Below are positions 32,556 through 45,400 of a stretch of 64,000 nucleotides of DNA, in pieces. Below the pieces are notes generated by a model. That model was given only the letters and a program-made list of their open reading frames with translations. It was not told the DNA's origin and did not search any database. A program made the translations under genes and the position numbers. Each line of letters opens with the position of its first letter. Position 1 is the stretch's first letter. Source of the DNA: Macrostomum lignano (taxonomy: Eukaryota); the NCBI GenBank assembly GCA_002269645.1, contig NIVC01003143.1:53198-117197 (forward strand), read 5' to 3'.

Positions 32556-35123
32556 GGCGCCCCCAACCTGGAGCGATCAGCTGTCGATTTGAGTCTGCGC
32601 GGCGGCGGCGTCGGTGGCGCCGGCGCCCGATGGCGCGAGAGCCTCGCCTGCTACCGGGCGCTGCGCCGACCGGCGCTCCGCCTGGCCGACGATCCACGCC
32701 CAGTCCGTTGCCATAGCGACCATCATTCGGCGGCGATTAGTAAACAGACGCCGAACAAATCGGAGCTCAGCGCCGAGAAAACGGAGGCTGGAGATGACGA
32801 TGATGGAGCTGATGATGAGGACGGTGGTGGCTGCTCGCACCGGCTGGACTTCAACGAAGTCGGCGAGGCTGGCACCATCGGCTCCGTGGTGTCCGACCTG
32901 CACGATGCGCTGCACGCCTTCGATGACAAAGACTACCAGGTGGTCTGTATCAAGGTGAGAAGAGGTCCTTGATTTGGATTGGCAGCCAGGGACTGCTAAA
33001 ACACTGGGAACGAGAAGCGAAATACGCGATGTACATGTTGCAATTGTAAATACATCTAGCAGCATGCAGCAGTGTATGCTGCAGGGAACTGAGGGGAACT
33101 AAGGGGAAGAACTGAGGTTGGGGAGGACCTGAGGTGTGGAGGACCTGAGGTGGGGAGGACCTGAGGTGGAGAGGAACTGAGGTGGGGATGACCTGAGGTG
33201 GAGAGGAACTGAGGTAGGGAGGACTTTAGGTGGGGAGGACCTGAGGTGGGGAGGACCTGAGGTGGGGAGGACCTGAGGCGGGGAGGACCTGAGGTGGGGA
33301 GGAACTGAGGTGGGGAGGACCTGAGGTGGGGAGGAACTGAGGTGGGGAGGACCTGAGGTGGGGAGGACCTGAGGTGGGGAGGACCTGAGGTGGGGAGGAC
33401 CTGAGGTGGAGAGGAACTGAGGTAGGGAGGACTTTAGGTGGGGAGGACCTGAGGTGGGGAGGACCTGAGGTGGGGAGGACCTGAGGCGGGGAGGACCTGA
33501 GGTGGGGAGGAACTGAGGTGGGGAGGAACTGAGGTGGGGAGGAACTGAGGTGGGGAGGACCTGAGGTGGGGAGGAACTGAGGTGGGGAGGAACTGAGGTG
33601 GGGAGGACCTGAGGTGGGGAGGACCTGAGGTGGGGAGGACCTGAGGTGGGGAGGACCTGAGGTGGGGAGGACCTGAGGTGGGGAGGAACTGAGGTGGGGA
33701 GGAACTGAGGTGGGGAGGAACTGAGGTGGGGAGGACCTGAGGTGGGGAGGACCTGAGGTGGGGAGGACCTGAGGTGGGGAGGACCTGAGGTGGGGAGGAC
33801 CTGAGGTGGGGAGGACCTGAGGTGGGGAGGACCTGAGGTGGGGAGGACCTGAGGTGGGGAGGACCTGAGGTGGGGAGGACCTGAGGTGGGGAGGACCTGA
33901 GGTGGGGAGGACCTGAGGTGGGGAGGACCTGAGGTGGGGAGGACCTGAGGTGGGGAGGACCTGAGGTGGGGAGGACCTGAGGTGGGGAGGACCTGAGGTG
34001 GGGAGGACCTGAGGTGGGGAGGACCTGAGGTGGGGAGGACCTGAGGTGTGGAGGACCTGAGGTGGGGAGGACCTGAGGTGGGGAGGACCTGAGGTGGGGA
34101 GGACCTGAGGTGGGGAGGACCTGAGGTGGGGAGGACCTGAGGTGGGGAGGACCTGAGGTGGGGAGGACCTGAGGTGGGGAGGACCTGAGGTGGGGAGGAC
34201 CTGAGGTGGGGAGGACCTGAGGTGGGGAGGACCTGAGGTGGGGAGGACCTGAGGTGTGGAGGACCTGAGGTGGGGAGGACCTGAGGTGGGGAGGACCTGA
34301 GGTGGGGAGGACCTGAGGTGTGGACGACCGATAGAACGCAAGCTGACTCACCAGTCCTTGCATCTGCCAGGTGCTGAAGGCGGGAGCCACCATAGCCGGT
34401 TACGAGGAAGCCTCGGACTTCCTGAATGTGCTTGACGGTGGCGGCGAAATCAAGAAGCTGTTCGAGGCGGAGCGCTACCTGGAGCTTCTGGGCAAGCTGA
34501 TAAAGCTGATACCCCCCACTGGCGAGCCGGAGATCGACATCCCGCTGGGCGTGCTGAAGACCCTGGAGATCGTGCACATGCAGCACGCCTGGGAGGCCTT
34601 CGGCAAAGGCGAATATCGACTGGCGCTGAGCGAGGTTTGTGCAGATAGCCTGGCTGAAACACATGCTACAGCATGTCTGTATAGCACATGAGACACTCTG
34701 TAACATATGATACAGCATGTCTTTAGCACACGATACAGCATGCCTGTAACACACGATTACAGTATGTGTGTAACACACACTACAGCATGTCTGTAACCCA
34801 CTACAGCATGTCAGTCACCTGTAAATGACATCCCTGTCCAAAACCCGGTGTCACAGATCGGAGACGCAGTGATGCCGCAGTCGATGGAGCAGATGGTGCG
34901 GAACGCCCGACCCAGCACCGTGGCGCCAGTGCTCACTGGAGCTGTCGCTGGTTACTATGGCTACAAGGGCCGGTTCGGCTACGGCATGCGGTCGAACTTC
35001 CTGCTGACCAGCTTCCTGTGCACGAGCTGCATCCGCATCACAGCCAGGTATTCGCGCAACCTGGTCAAAATGGGCAGCACCGCCATGTACACCGGCTTTG
35101 ACGAGCATCTGGTTCTCACCTGA
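32556..35123 (+). CDS. Hypothetical protein, 3 coding exons (about 32556-32954, 34371-34634, 34857-35123); start codon not located
   Basis: GC3-rich codons. Phase-0 GT-AG joins VVCIK|VLKAG and ALSE|IGDAV give a continuous frame to TGA at 35123. Acidic patch near the N-terminus and a Gly-rich hydrophobic segment near the C-terminus. The only upstream in-frame start is TTG; a candidate acceptor TTACAG ends at 32555. Confidence 0.72.
33100..34322. repeat. 16-bp G-rich minisatellite (GGTGGGGAGGACCTGA)n in intron 1 of the hypothetical gene
   Basis: About 75 units. Confidence 0.97.
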
Positions 35124-35301
35124 GCGTGACAGCCAGGCCGGTGCTCGCGGCTGAGGCATTTCCTCCGATTTGCTCTTCTTCAATCCTTAGAACTCAACTG
35201 TGATGCCGTGCACAGTGAAATTTTTTAAAACCCGTTTGAGGATTTGGGGGTGCTGGATTTTGTTTGCTCAAATTTGCTGCTGACAAAGGCTGTACTATTA
35301 T

Positions 35302-35805
35302 CCTCCCAGATCCTCAGTTGCTGAGCCAGCCTCCCAGATCCTCAGTTGCTGAGCCAGCCTCCCAGATCCTCAGTTGCTGAGCCAGCCTCCCAGATCCTCA
35401 GTTGCTGAGCCAGCCTCCCAGATCCTCAGTTGCTGAGCCAGCCTCCCAGATCCTCAGTTGCTGGGCCAGCCTCCCAGATCCTCAGTTGCTGAGCCAGCCT
35501 CCCAGATCCTTAGTCGCTGGGCCAGTCTCTCAGATCCTCAGTTGCTGGGCCAGCCTCCCAGATCCTCAGTTGCTGGGCCAGCCTCCCAGATCCTCAGTTG
35601 CTGGGCCAGCCTCTCAGATTCTCAGTTGCTTGGCCAGCCTCCCAGATCCTCAGTTGCTGGGCCAGCCTCCCAGATCCTCAGTTGGCTGGGCCAGCCTCCC
35701 AGATCCTCAGTTGCTGGGCCAGCCTCCCAGATCCTCAGTTGGCTGGGCCAGCCTCCCAGATCCTCAGTTGCTGGGCCAGCCTCCCAGATCCTCAGTTGCT
35801 GGGCC
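35302..35805. repeat. 28-bp minisatellite (GCTGGGCCAGCCTCCCAGATCCTCAGTT)n
   Basis: About 18 units downstream of the hypothetical gene. Confidence 0.95.
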
Positions 35806-36806
35806 GCCCTCACAGCTCCTCAGGCTTCAGACTGGGCATTCAAGATTTTCAATTATCAACCATACAACTTTGGTAATCTCTAAAAATATCGAAATCAGCT
35901 AAAAAACCAACTACCCGTTCAACTAGAGAATTGCAGTGTGGATTTTCAACAAAAATGCCTCTATTTGTGATGCTTTCAATTGTTATTGATATTTACGCTT
36001 TGATACTGTACTACTGAATCTGAGTACCAGGATAGATCGTTAGCTTGTACATTCAATCGTATTTTAGTGCGTAAAAGCTAGTTTTATTACCAACAACCTG
36101 CCATCTTGATAGCAGCAGCTATTAATTATACTACTGTAAGTAGTAGCAGTAGCTTACTATGCTAGATGATCTTAATTATATTGTAAATTTTTTTGATTTC
36201 CTATAAAATATGATGTTGTAATGCTATAGTCGTTAATAAAAAAAAGTTAAAGACTCCAATCAGCCAGAGACATGTCTTATCTCAATCGATCAGTGAATTA
36301 ATTAAACAGGTGATGAGCCTTATGTAAAACACACAGACAAGCTGGGCTGCTTTTATTCCAGAAGCAGTGCCGACATTTTCCGGCGTGACACGGCAGATGA
36401 CCAGCGCCACAGCCAACTGTGACAACAAGTGACGCAATGTACATCCATAATAGAACAAATGAATGGTTTTGCTGCACAGCGGGGCCAAAACTCAAAATGC
36501 TGCTCAAGGACAGAGCAACTATACAACAAGCATATCGGAGACCAAACTAATAATTTACGCGTATTATTGTTATTTATATTGTTATTGTTGATATACACTG
36601 CAAACAACAGAAAAATAAAACACCTCCAAATGGTTTGCTACTATGAGTAGGCAGATATGAACACTCGGAGGGGGTGTTTGAATGCTGGGCTATTGTTTTA
36701 CAACTGGGGACACAAACAATAAAAAAATAACAATTTCACAAGGACCTCCTCAACCCCCGCCTTTGCACTGGGCGGCAACAGCAACCAGCAACGACGGAAC
36801 AGGGAC

Positions 36807-37176
36807 TCAGAAACGCGGCGACGCGAGCCGGCGCTGCAGGCTGGCCACGTAGGCCCGGTGCAGCGAGCCGAGGAAGGCGTCATCATTCTCCAACAGGTAC
36901 AGCAGGCTCTCCCGCAGCTGCTCCTTGGTCAGGGCGGGGACGTCTCCGCTGACTGACGCCTGCGGCGCCTGCTGCTGCTGCTGCTGTCTGGCTTTCCCGG
37001 GCTGCTCGCGCGGCTGCGGCGGCGACTGCGTCGGAGCCGATGGCGACACCTGAGTCGGGCAGTCGGCAATCAGCTGACTGGCTGCGCACTCCAGCATGCC
37101 CGGGGTTAGCAGGAATTCTTCTTCCTCTTCGTCTGCTTGTGCATTGCTGCAGACAGCGGCGCTGGATTGCTGCTGC

Positions 37177-37208
<32 letters not shown>

Positions 37209-37991
37209 AAGACCGGAGCTGTTGAGGAGGCCCAGCTGCTCCTTGATCTGGTGAGAAATCTCAGCGTATTGATCCCGCTGCAGCGGCGGCCCGCCATTGC
37301 TGACTGGCGCTGGCTGCTGCTTGCTTGAGCTGCCAAAGAGACTGTCTACACTGATCACCTTGGGTTGCTGCTGCTGTGGCTGTTGTGGCTGCTGCTGCTG
37401 CTGCGGCAATCCACGATGGGTGGTGAAATCAGTCTGAGCCCGGCTAAGCATCTGCAGGATGCTGTTAGCCGCATCTGCACCAGTTTGAGCAGACTTTGGC
37501 GGCTGCTGGGGCTGCTGCTTCCCAGCGGCAGCTTGACTAGCGTTCGCCGGCTTGCCTTTGGTAGCGGCTGCTCGATCCTCGGCTACGCGCAGACTGTCGC
37601 CGCCAAGAGTCTCAACTAGCTTGCCAACACGCTTGCCGATGCGATCGCAGTCCCGCTGGGTGTAGAACCACATGCCGTGGATCTCGCCCGATTCAGTTTT
37701 GTACAGCAGGAAGGGCGACTGCAGCTGCAGGCTCATAGCTTTGGTGACGTGCTGCACGTGGTTCTGAGTGCTCCGCTTGTTCAGCACAATGAAAGCGTAC
37801 ACAGGCGCCACGCTGCGCCTGTACAGCAGGAACACCCCGTCGCAATTGCACTTCTCCCATTTGCCCTGCGCGTACTTGTATAGAGCGCTAGAGGTGCACT
37901 TGTCCAGCACTTCGCAGCCAGACTTGTCTGTCTTCTGAATTGCGGCCAGATTTATGGCCATCTCCTCGGAGCTGCTGCTGGCTTGGGCCAT
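36807..37991 (-). CDS. DCP1: mRNA-decapping enzyme subunit DCP1, 394 aa, single coding exon
   Basis: N-terminal EVH1 domain (INLAAIQKTD...ALYKY...WEKCNCDGVFLLYRRS..P.YAF.VLNK...LQSPFLLYK...EIHGMWFY...DCDRI), Q-rich middle, and C-terminal trimerisation helix LTKEQLRESLLYLLENDDAFLGSLHRAY. Confidence 0.95.
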
Positions 37992-38917
37992 TCTTTTTGA
38001 GAAATTAGGGTGAGATAAGCTATAGCTGAAATGGGGCAGGCGTGCAAGAGGGGCATTTTTGAAACTCTACAAATTTAATCATAAGGAAAGGACTGGCTGC
38101 CCTCAGTCTGCCACATATTTTATAAATTCTAGATGTCCTTTAGTTTTCTTTACGATGTCTTTTAGTTAAAAGCAGGAGGCTGTGTGCCCCCTGGTGCACT
38201 TTAAGCAACATTGTCACACAACTGGCGAAAGGCATTACTGCCCATTATACCAACTCACCCTGAGCAGGCACTCACAGGAGTGTACACCACCTTGAACTCA
38301 TTCTTGGTATATAGGACATAATTGAATGGGGTAGTCTAAATAAATACTTACAATTATGTTTGTACCATGTTTTTAGAATTATAGGTTATTGAATGTCTAA
38401 AACTGCAAATTAGGCTTTTTGGCCACTTAAAGCTATTAGCTTTTAATGATGAGCCTAAATGAAAGGGCCTCAACTATCTGATCAAGAAATATTTAATATG
38501 ATAAGGTAATAATAAATAATAAATAATAATGTTGAGTTAAGTAAATAAAGTTAAACAATATAAAAATGAAGGTGTCTTTTGTACTTTGGGAAATAAGATT
38601 TATCAATTGGAATAATAAACTTAATAATAACTTTTGAAATCTCACTGGAGTCCTTATTATAAGACTAGAAAGGAAAACAAAATCTCTATATAGCCAGAGG
38701 GAAATGTGTCCTAAATATTGTGCTTAGGCCCAAGGCAAAAATGCCAAAATTTTAAGATCAAATACTAAGGATTTCAAATCCAAATTTTCTTCTTAATAAA
38801 AATATCTAAGTCTAAACTATAGTTCTCATTATAAAGACCTTTTAATCTCACAGTTTTAGAGCTCTACTATAGCTATAGATATAGCTAGCCTAAGAGATGT
38901 TATAAATAACCTATATG

Positions 38918-38950
<33 letters not shown>

Positions 38951-39244
38951 GTTTTTAGACAATATATAGTTATAAAAACATATTTCCTATATTTAATTCT
39001 GATATAGGCTATCTAATAATTTAAAAGTTGGGATAGAGTAGTAGAAAATGTTTATAATTATATAAGGTTAGATTTAAAGATTTTGTAAAGCAAGCTTATG
39101 ATATAAATAAGTCCCTACTTAGTACTTGTTAAGGTCTTAAGCAACAAAGATTTTTATGCCATATAGCCTACCCATTATATAGTAGACTAAAATTAAGATT
39201 ATTAAGCCTTAAGTCTCTAGGCCTAATGTTAAATATAGGTTTTT

Positions 39245-39778
39245 CTGGCACTTAGTAAAATGTGGAATCTGCAATGGAATGGTAAGATGCAGTAATGAGA
39301 AATGGAATCTACTAACTTAAACTACATTGCAAATACAAAGTAGGGGGCCTAGCTGAAGTGCATTATGATCTATTATATATAAATCTTTTAACAATAAAGC
39401 TTTCAGAATTTTACCAAACTACTAGAGAGAAAATTATGATAATAATTTTTAATACTTATCAGCCATACTATTTATGAGAGAACCTATATTACTACTTTGA
39501 ATAAGGTCTAATAGATGCTACTATTTCTAGTTCAGTTTGTATAAATATAGAATTGTAATAAAATTTCTTTATATATCTTTTTTATACAGTTACATTGCTG
39601 CAGGCAAAGCTATAAAAATTAAAAATTAAATTTTTTGATTCTTACATTTTGCATTTTACTTCAAGTTAGTGGATTCCACAGTTGATTCTATATTTTAAGA
39701 TACCATTGCAGATTCTACATTTTACTGTGCTATTCCATTCCAATTCTACTGTGGATTCTGCATTTTACCAGGTACCAG
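39245..39778. mobile_element. Decayed MITE / foldback element, about 534 bp
   Basis: Terminal 18-mers CTGGCACTTAGTAAAATG and CATTTTACCAGGTACCAG are inverted matches (15/18). Subterminal GTGGAATCTGCAATGG / CCATTGCAGATTCTAC blocks are also inverted. Flanked by T runs. Confidence 0.55.
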
Positions 39779-40899
39779 TTTTTCTTTGCCAAAAACAAGG
39801 TTCAAAATTGTACTTTGTGCCCAATTTTAAAGGTGCAATTTAAGGCTCAAACTTTAAAGTGCAATTTCTCTAACTAAAAACACTGATTCTGAAACTATAG
39901 ACACATCTACATATCTTTATATATAGGTTATTCAATATTTAATTTAGGCTCCCTATTTATAACTAGGAGTTGGACAATATCTTGAATCTTGATCATCAAG
40001 ATCTTAGCACTTTTCTTAATCTCAATCTTGCCTTCTTGGTTAGGCCTAACCTCAATTTTGAGATCTTGAGAAAAGTGAAGATTTGTGACTAGGCCCCTGT
40101 GATATCATATTTATATTTGATATACATCAAGGATCAAGCAAGTTATTAACAAGCTCAATATTAAATAATCATTGTTTTTCTTTCTATCAGTAATTGTACT
40201 TGTACACACTAGGTCACAAACACACTTAGGACTAACAAGTAACATTATTATTATTAGGTTTTCTAGATAGATTTAGTGTAAATAGGCCTATACTAATTAG
40301 GCTTAACCTTAATCTCGAATCTCGATTACCTCGAAATTATAGATCTTCAGTCTCGAAAATCATAACTTTAGAGTAAAAATTAGACCTAGGGCTATTACAG
40401 TAACCTAATAAAAACTGTTAGGCCCCTCTGCTATGTCTCGTGACTGGATGATCAGTTTTATTGATTGAATTATTTAGGTGACAATAGTAACAGACAGACA
40501 CGGTACCTATAGAAAAATATGATAGAAAATAAAATAATTGCGACAGAAAACTTAAAAAATGATTCATAAAGACTCACGAAGTAAGAAATTTTAACAATCG
40601 CCATAATGACAATTATTTAGAATAGGATTTTATTTGTAAAAATAATAACAATATTACAGGATTTATCGAGATTTTAACAAATTAATAACAAATTCAAATA
40701 ATTAATAACAAATGGTTCCTAATTACGAATATCTCAAACGTGCCCAACAATTCTTAACTCGAGTTGACAATCATTGGTCCAGAACAGAGAGCAAGCAATT
40801 GAAGCTACAATCTATTAGAATGCACCGATATAGAAAATTTGAAGACTGAAGTATTAGCAAAAGAGTTGCTAAGACAAGCTACAGACAGAAATGGAGGCC

Positions 40900-41700
40900 T
40901 GCCGATTCTGAGGTTTGATGGTGGGTGTCTGACACAACTACATGTATCTATAATTAGCGAGGCGTAAGTTTCTTGAATGTGACACTTATATTGCTCTCAA
41001 CATAGTCAGGATCGTCTCCAGCTAATCTTGATGACAGGTGATTCAAATCCAGGAGGAGGCAATCAGCGAAGCCTTAAACCGCGTGGCGTCCCTCAAGGTG
41101 GTGATCCTATCTACCTTATCTTCACCCCTACATGTATAACACTTTTTAAAATGTTCCGAAACCTATGCTTCTAATCCATTGTTTATGTCAGCTCCATTAA
41201 TTCCTAGACCGCTTGACAACCAGGTCAAAACCAGCAAGTTAGCAGACTATCTTATGCTGTCTGGGGCCAGTGCCAGAAAGTCCAGCATGTCTGCCGGAAG
41301 ACTTAACGGCTATAACTTATCATTTTGATAAAAAAATGGCTGGACGACGTTGGTATCACTATTAATCCAACATGGTGATACCAAGCAAGACCAGTTCCTT
41401 TCTTCAAGCACAAAGCTAGGTGACTACATCACAGGGCCCCGAAAAGCCTTCACTTAAACTCGGCAAGGACGACATACAATGCTTTGACTCTGCAGCCTTA
41501 TTGGGTGTCACTCTAGATATAAGGATCTTAATTTAAAACAAGACTTCTCCAGAATAGCTGGCGTCACCATGGACCACGCTCAACGCCATGAAAAGGAAAG
41601 GATATCCCAGCTTGTGCTCAGGCTCATCTACAGGTACAATGAGAGCAGTATGACCTACTCTCATTGAGAAAACTGGAGAAGGAAACGATCATCTTGGTTA
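40900..41700 (+). mobile_element. Highly decayed non-LTR RT fragment
   Basis: Remnant motifs RGVPQGG (about 41082) and LLGVTLD (about 41498), with frameshifts and stops. Confidence 0.4.
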
Positions 41701-42424
41701 TTATAAAAAGACCAGAAAACAAATTTAATACCAAATAATTACCGAACAGCCGAGTCGCAGTAGGCGGCTGAATTTCTAAAAGCACACATTCGATTTATAT
41801 GTATTATTGATTATTTTTTAAAGTATTGAAATGGGAAAAAAGTGAAGCTAAACAACGTATAAATCGAGGCTAAAACAATATTGGAAGATTAACTAATATT
41901 TACAACGCAAGCAGAATAGATGACTAGACATAAACAAGTTAAAGTTGAATAAACGATAAAAATTACAGTAAATAAATTAGCAAAGGAGCCGTATTGTAAA
42001 CCAAATATAATTCAATAGTGTTTCTTACATAAAATCAGAAAAAATCAAAAATCAAAAAAAAATTACAAAAAGTTAGTCACAAGATTTTTGTAAATAAAAA
42101 AGGTTCAATAAATGAACACACATCAATAAACATTTTTTAATGTACAGATCATAAATCAGCGAAAAAAATCTATATAGACGTAGCATAACAGCAGAAGCAA
42201 CAGCAAAAGCAAAAGCGAAGCATTTAAAACAGCGGAAGCATTTTCAATTTAAATATGGATTAAATAAGACAATCATAAATGTGATTTGAAGGCAGTAGAA
42301 ATTGAAGGTGATTCTCAGAATGGTTCGAGAATTATTTTTAGGATAATAAATAAAAATATTTGCAGGCTGGCTTTTGCAGGATGTCAGCTGTTAAGCAAAA
42401 GCCTGGTAGCAAATCTGTCCGGGC

Positions 42425-45400
42425 TTACAAGTAGAACAGGCGGTCGCAGATGGCCTCGGCCGGTTCATCTTTGGTGTTCTGGCCCACCATGTACACCAGC
42501 TTGTGCGCGTACTGGCACGGCGCCGGGACTCGGATAGAGCCGGCCCAGTTGTAGTACAGATGGCAGCTGCGAAAGGTGAGCTGCTGGATCTCGTCTACTG
42601 GCACGCCGCCAGAGCATTCTACGATTATGAAGTGGCCCGGCGTCACCGTGCCCTGGTTGACGTGCTGCGGCACCAGGAAGAAGTCCATCATGTCCGGGCG
42701 GGTGATGGTGTGGTCCAGGACCGTGCCTGCGTGGGAATGCGGTTGAGAAATATCAGGTTTTTTAGTTCTTGACAACACTTGGTAAGGGCGATTTTCAGCC
42801 TGTTCAGGGCAATTCTCAGCCTGTTTAGGGCGATTCTCAACCTGTTTAGGGCGATTCTCAACCTGTTTAGGGCGATTCTCAGCCTGTTTAGGGCGACTCT
42901 CAGCCTGTTTAGGGCGACTCTCAGCCTGTTTAGGCTGATTCTCAGCCTGTTTAGGGCGATTCTCAGCCTGTTTAGGGCGATTCTCAACCTGTTTAGGGCG
43001 ATTCTCAACCTGTTTAGGGCGATTCTCAGGCTGGTTTGATGGCGATTCTCAGGCTGGTTTGAGGCGATTCTCATGGAGGCTGGGCTCTAACTGGTCAGTT
43101 TTGTATAGTTATAGCTATAAGCTATAAGCAAAAGCCGCGATCTTACCTGGCAGCGCGTTGGTGTAGCCGGTTCCCCTTTGCAGCAGGAGGCGCTGGTTAA
43201 TCCGCTTCTGCACCACAAGGAACACCAGTCTGGGCCGGTAGTCCTGCGCCCCGAAGCTGCTGATGGCTTCGTAGACGGCGCGAACCTCCTTCTGCTGCAC
43301 ATCGGCAATCTGCTTGTCCGACACGCCGTCCCGGTAAACGAAGATGGTTTCGGGCAGGCTGCCAACATTGTTGACGTACCGGACAAGCTGGCTGTGCAGG
43401 ATGACACGCATGGAGTTCAAGATCTCCTCGCCCCGGCGTTGGAAAGCCACCCGCGAGTACCAGCGGGTGCACGACTGGTCCACCGAGGCCACGACGCCTG
43501 TGACGGATCTGGAGCGCAGCTTGTCCTCGTGGTACACGTCGATTCCGATCATCTGCGGTTGCAGGGGTGGTGACAAGCCAGTTATTAGAATGATGAGTGT
43601 TTCATACCGGAAGTATGTAGGGAGGATTCATTTGACAGGTAGAGGGTGAATAAATTAACCGCGTACCGGCAGTAAATGAATCATCAAGCATACCGGAAGT
43701 GAGTGAATCATCAAGCATATCGGAAGTGTTTGAATCATCAAGCATACCCGAAGTAAATAAATCATCAAGCATACCGGAAGTGAGTGAATCATCAAACATA
43801 CCGGAAGTGAGTGAATCATCAAACATACCGGAAGTGAGTGAATCATCAAGCATACCGAAAGTGAGTGAATCATCAAGCATACCGGAAGTGAGTGAATCGT
43901 CAAGCATACCGGAAGTGAGTGAATCATCAAGCATACCGGAAGTGAGTGAATCATCAAGCATACCGGTGAGTGAATCATCAAGCATACCGGAGGTGAGTGA
44001 ATCATCAAGCATACCGGAGGTGAGTGAATCATCAAGCATACCGGAAGTGAGTGAATCATCAAGCATACCGGAAGTGAGTGAATCATCAAGCATACCGGAA
44101 GTGAGTGAATCATCAAGCATACCGGTGAGTGAATCATCAAGCATACCGGAGGTGAGTGAATCATCAAGCATAACGGAGGTGAGTGAATCATCAAGCATAC
44201 CGGAAGTGAGTGAATCATCAAGCATACCGGAAGTGAGTGAATCATCTAGCATACCGGAAGTTTTAAAGGTAAGAAACTTGACAGGTAGACAATTGCCAGA
44301 CTCACCATAAACCGCTGGTAAGGAATTTCGATGCCCCACAGGGCGCCGCCGAGCTTGACGTTAATCTGTGCCGCAACGTTGACGGCCACGCTGCCCATCT
44401 TCTTGGGGTCGCTGATAGTCTTGGTCCACAGGCACTGGCTGGGGACCACCAGATCGTTGCAGCACAAACGCTTAATAGCGTTGTACCGCTCCTGTCGCTG
44501 TGAAGTGAACACGGCGCAGACCAGATTCAAATCCGTTGAGAAATTATTTTTAATAGCCTGCTGATAGTTCCCAGTGCTGTCATTCGGCAGGGCTACGGTG
44601 CTGGGCTGGGCAACCGTGATGCCCATGGCGCGGCATTTCTTCATCATGGTCTCGCAGAACGAGGCGATGATCCGCTCCTCCCTGGCCGGATAGACCACCA
44701 GCCACTTCAGCAGCTTGCCGTCAATCAGCACCCGGTTATCGGCCAGGGCCCGCTTGAACTCGCTGGTCTGGCCGACCGATACCGGGACGAGAGCGCCGCG
44801 GTCTCCGCCTCCGCCGAACAGCACCCGCTCGTTGACGAAGCGGCGGGCGGGCACCACCTCCGGCTCCTCCAGCAGGCGCAGGCCCCAGGCGTCCAGCAGC
44901 TGGCGACACTCCGGCCGGTTGTTGATGGCCTGGACGAATTTGCGCAGCTCAACGATACGGCGATCCGGGGACAGCTGGATAGGGGAGGAATAGGGACTTA
45001 CAGCGGCTTTGATTTTTGCAAATTACACCTGCCTGTCAACAGAAGTACACATACTAGGTCAGGAAAGTTACACTTATTAGGTCAGGAAAAGTACAACTAC
45101 TGGGTCAGAAAAAGTACAACTGCTGGGTCAGGAAAAGTACATCTACTAGGTCTGGAAAAGTACATCTATTAGGTCAGGAAAAATACATCCACTAGGTCAG
45201 GAAAAGTACATCTACTAGGTCTGGAAAAGTACATCTATTAGGTCAGGAAAAATACATCCACTAGGTCAGGAAAAATACATCTACTAGGTCAGGAAAAGTA
45301 CATCTACTACGAGCTATCTCACAAAAGTACATCTGATAACCCAGAAAAGTACGAGTACAATCTTTTGAAAAAAATAAAAAAGTCTACTGTATTTTTCCAG

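Noticed and set aside
33099-34778. Extensin-like SPPQVLPTSGPPHLRS ORFs
   Set aside because: Antisense translation of the 16-bp intronic array in all three frames.
43602-44339. GMLDDSLTS / ESSSIPEVS repeat ORFs and the similar ORFs at 42688-43074 and 46256-46883
   Set aside because: They lie inside well-defined piwi introns and are minisatellite translations.
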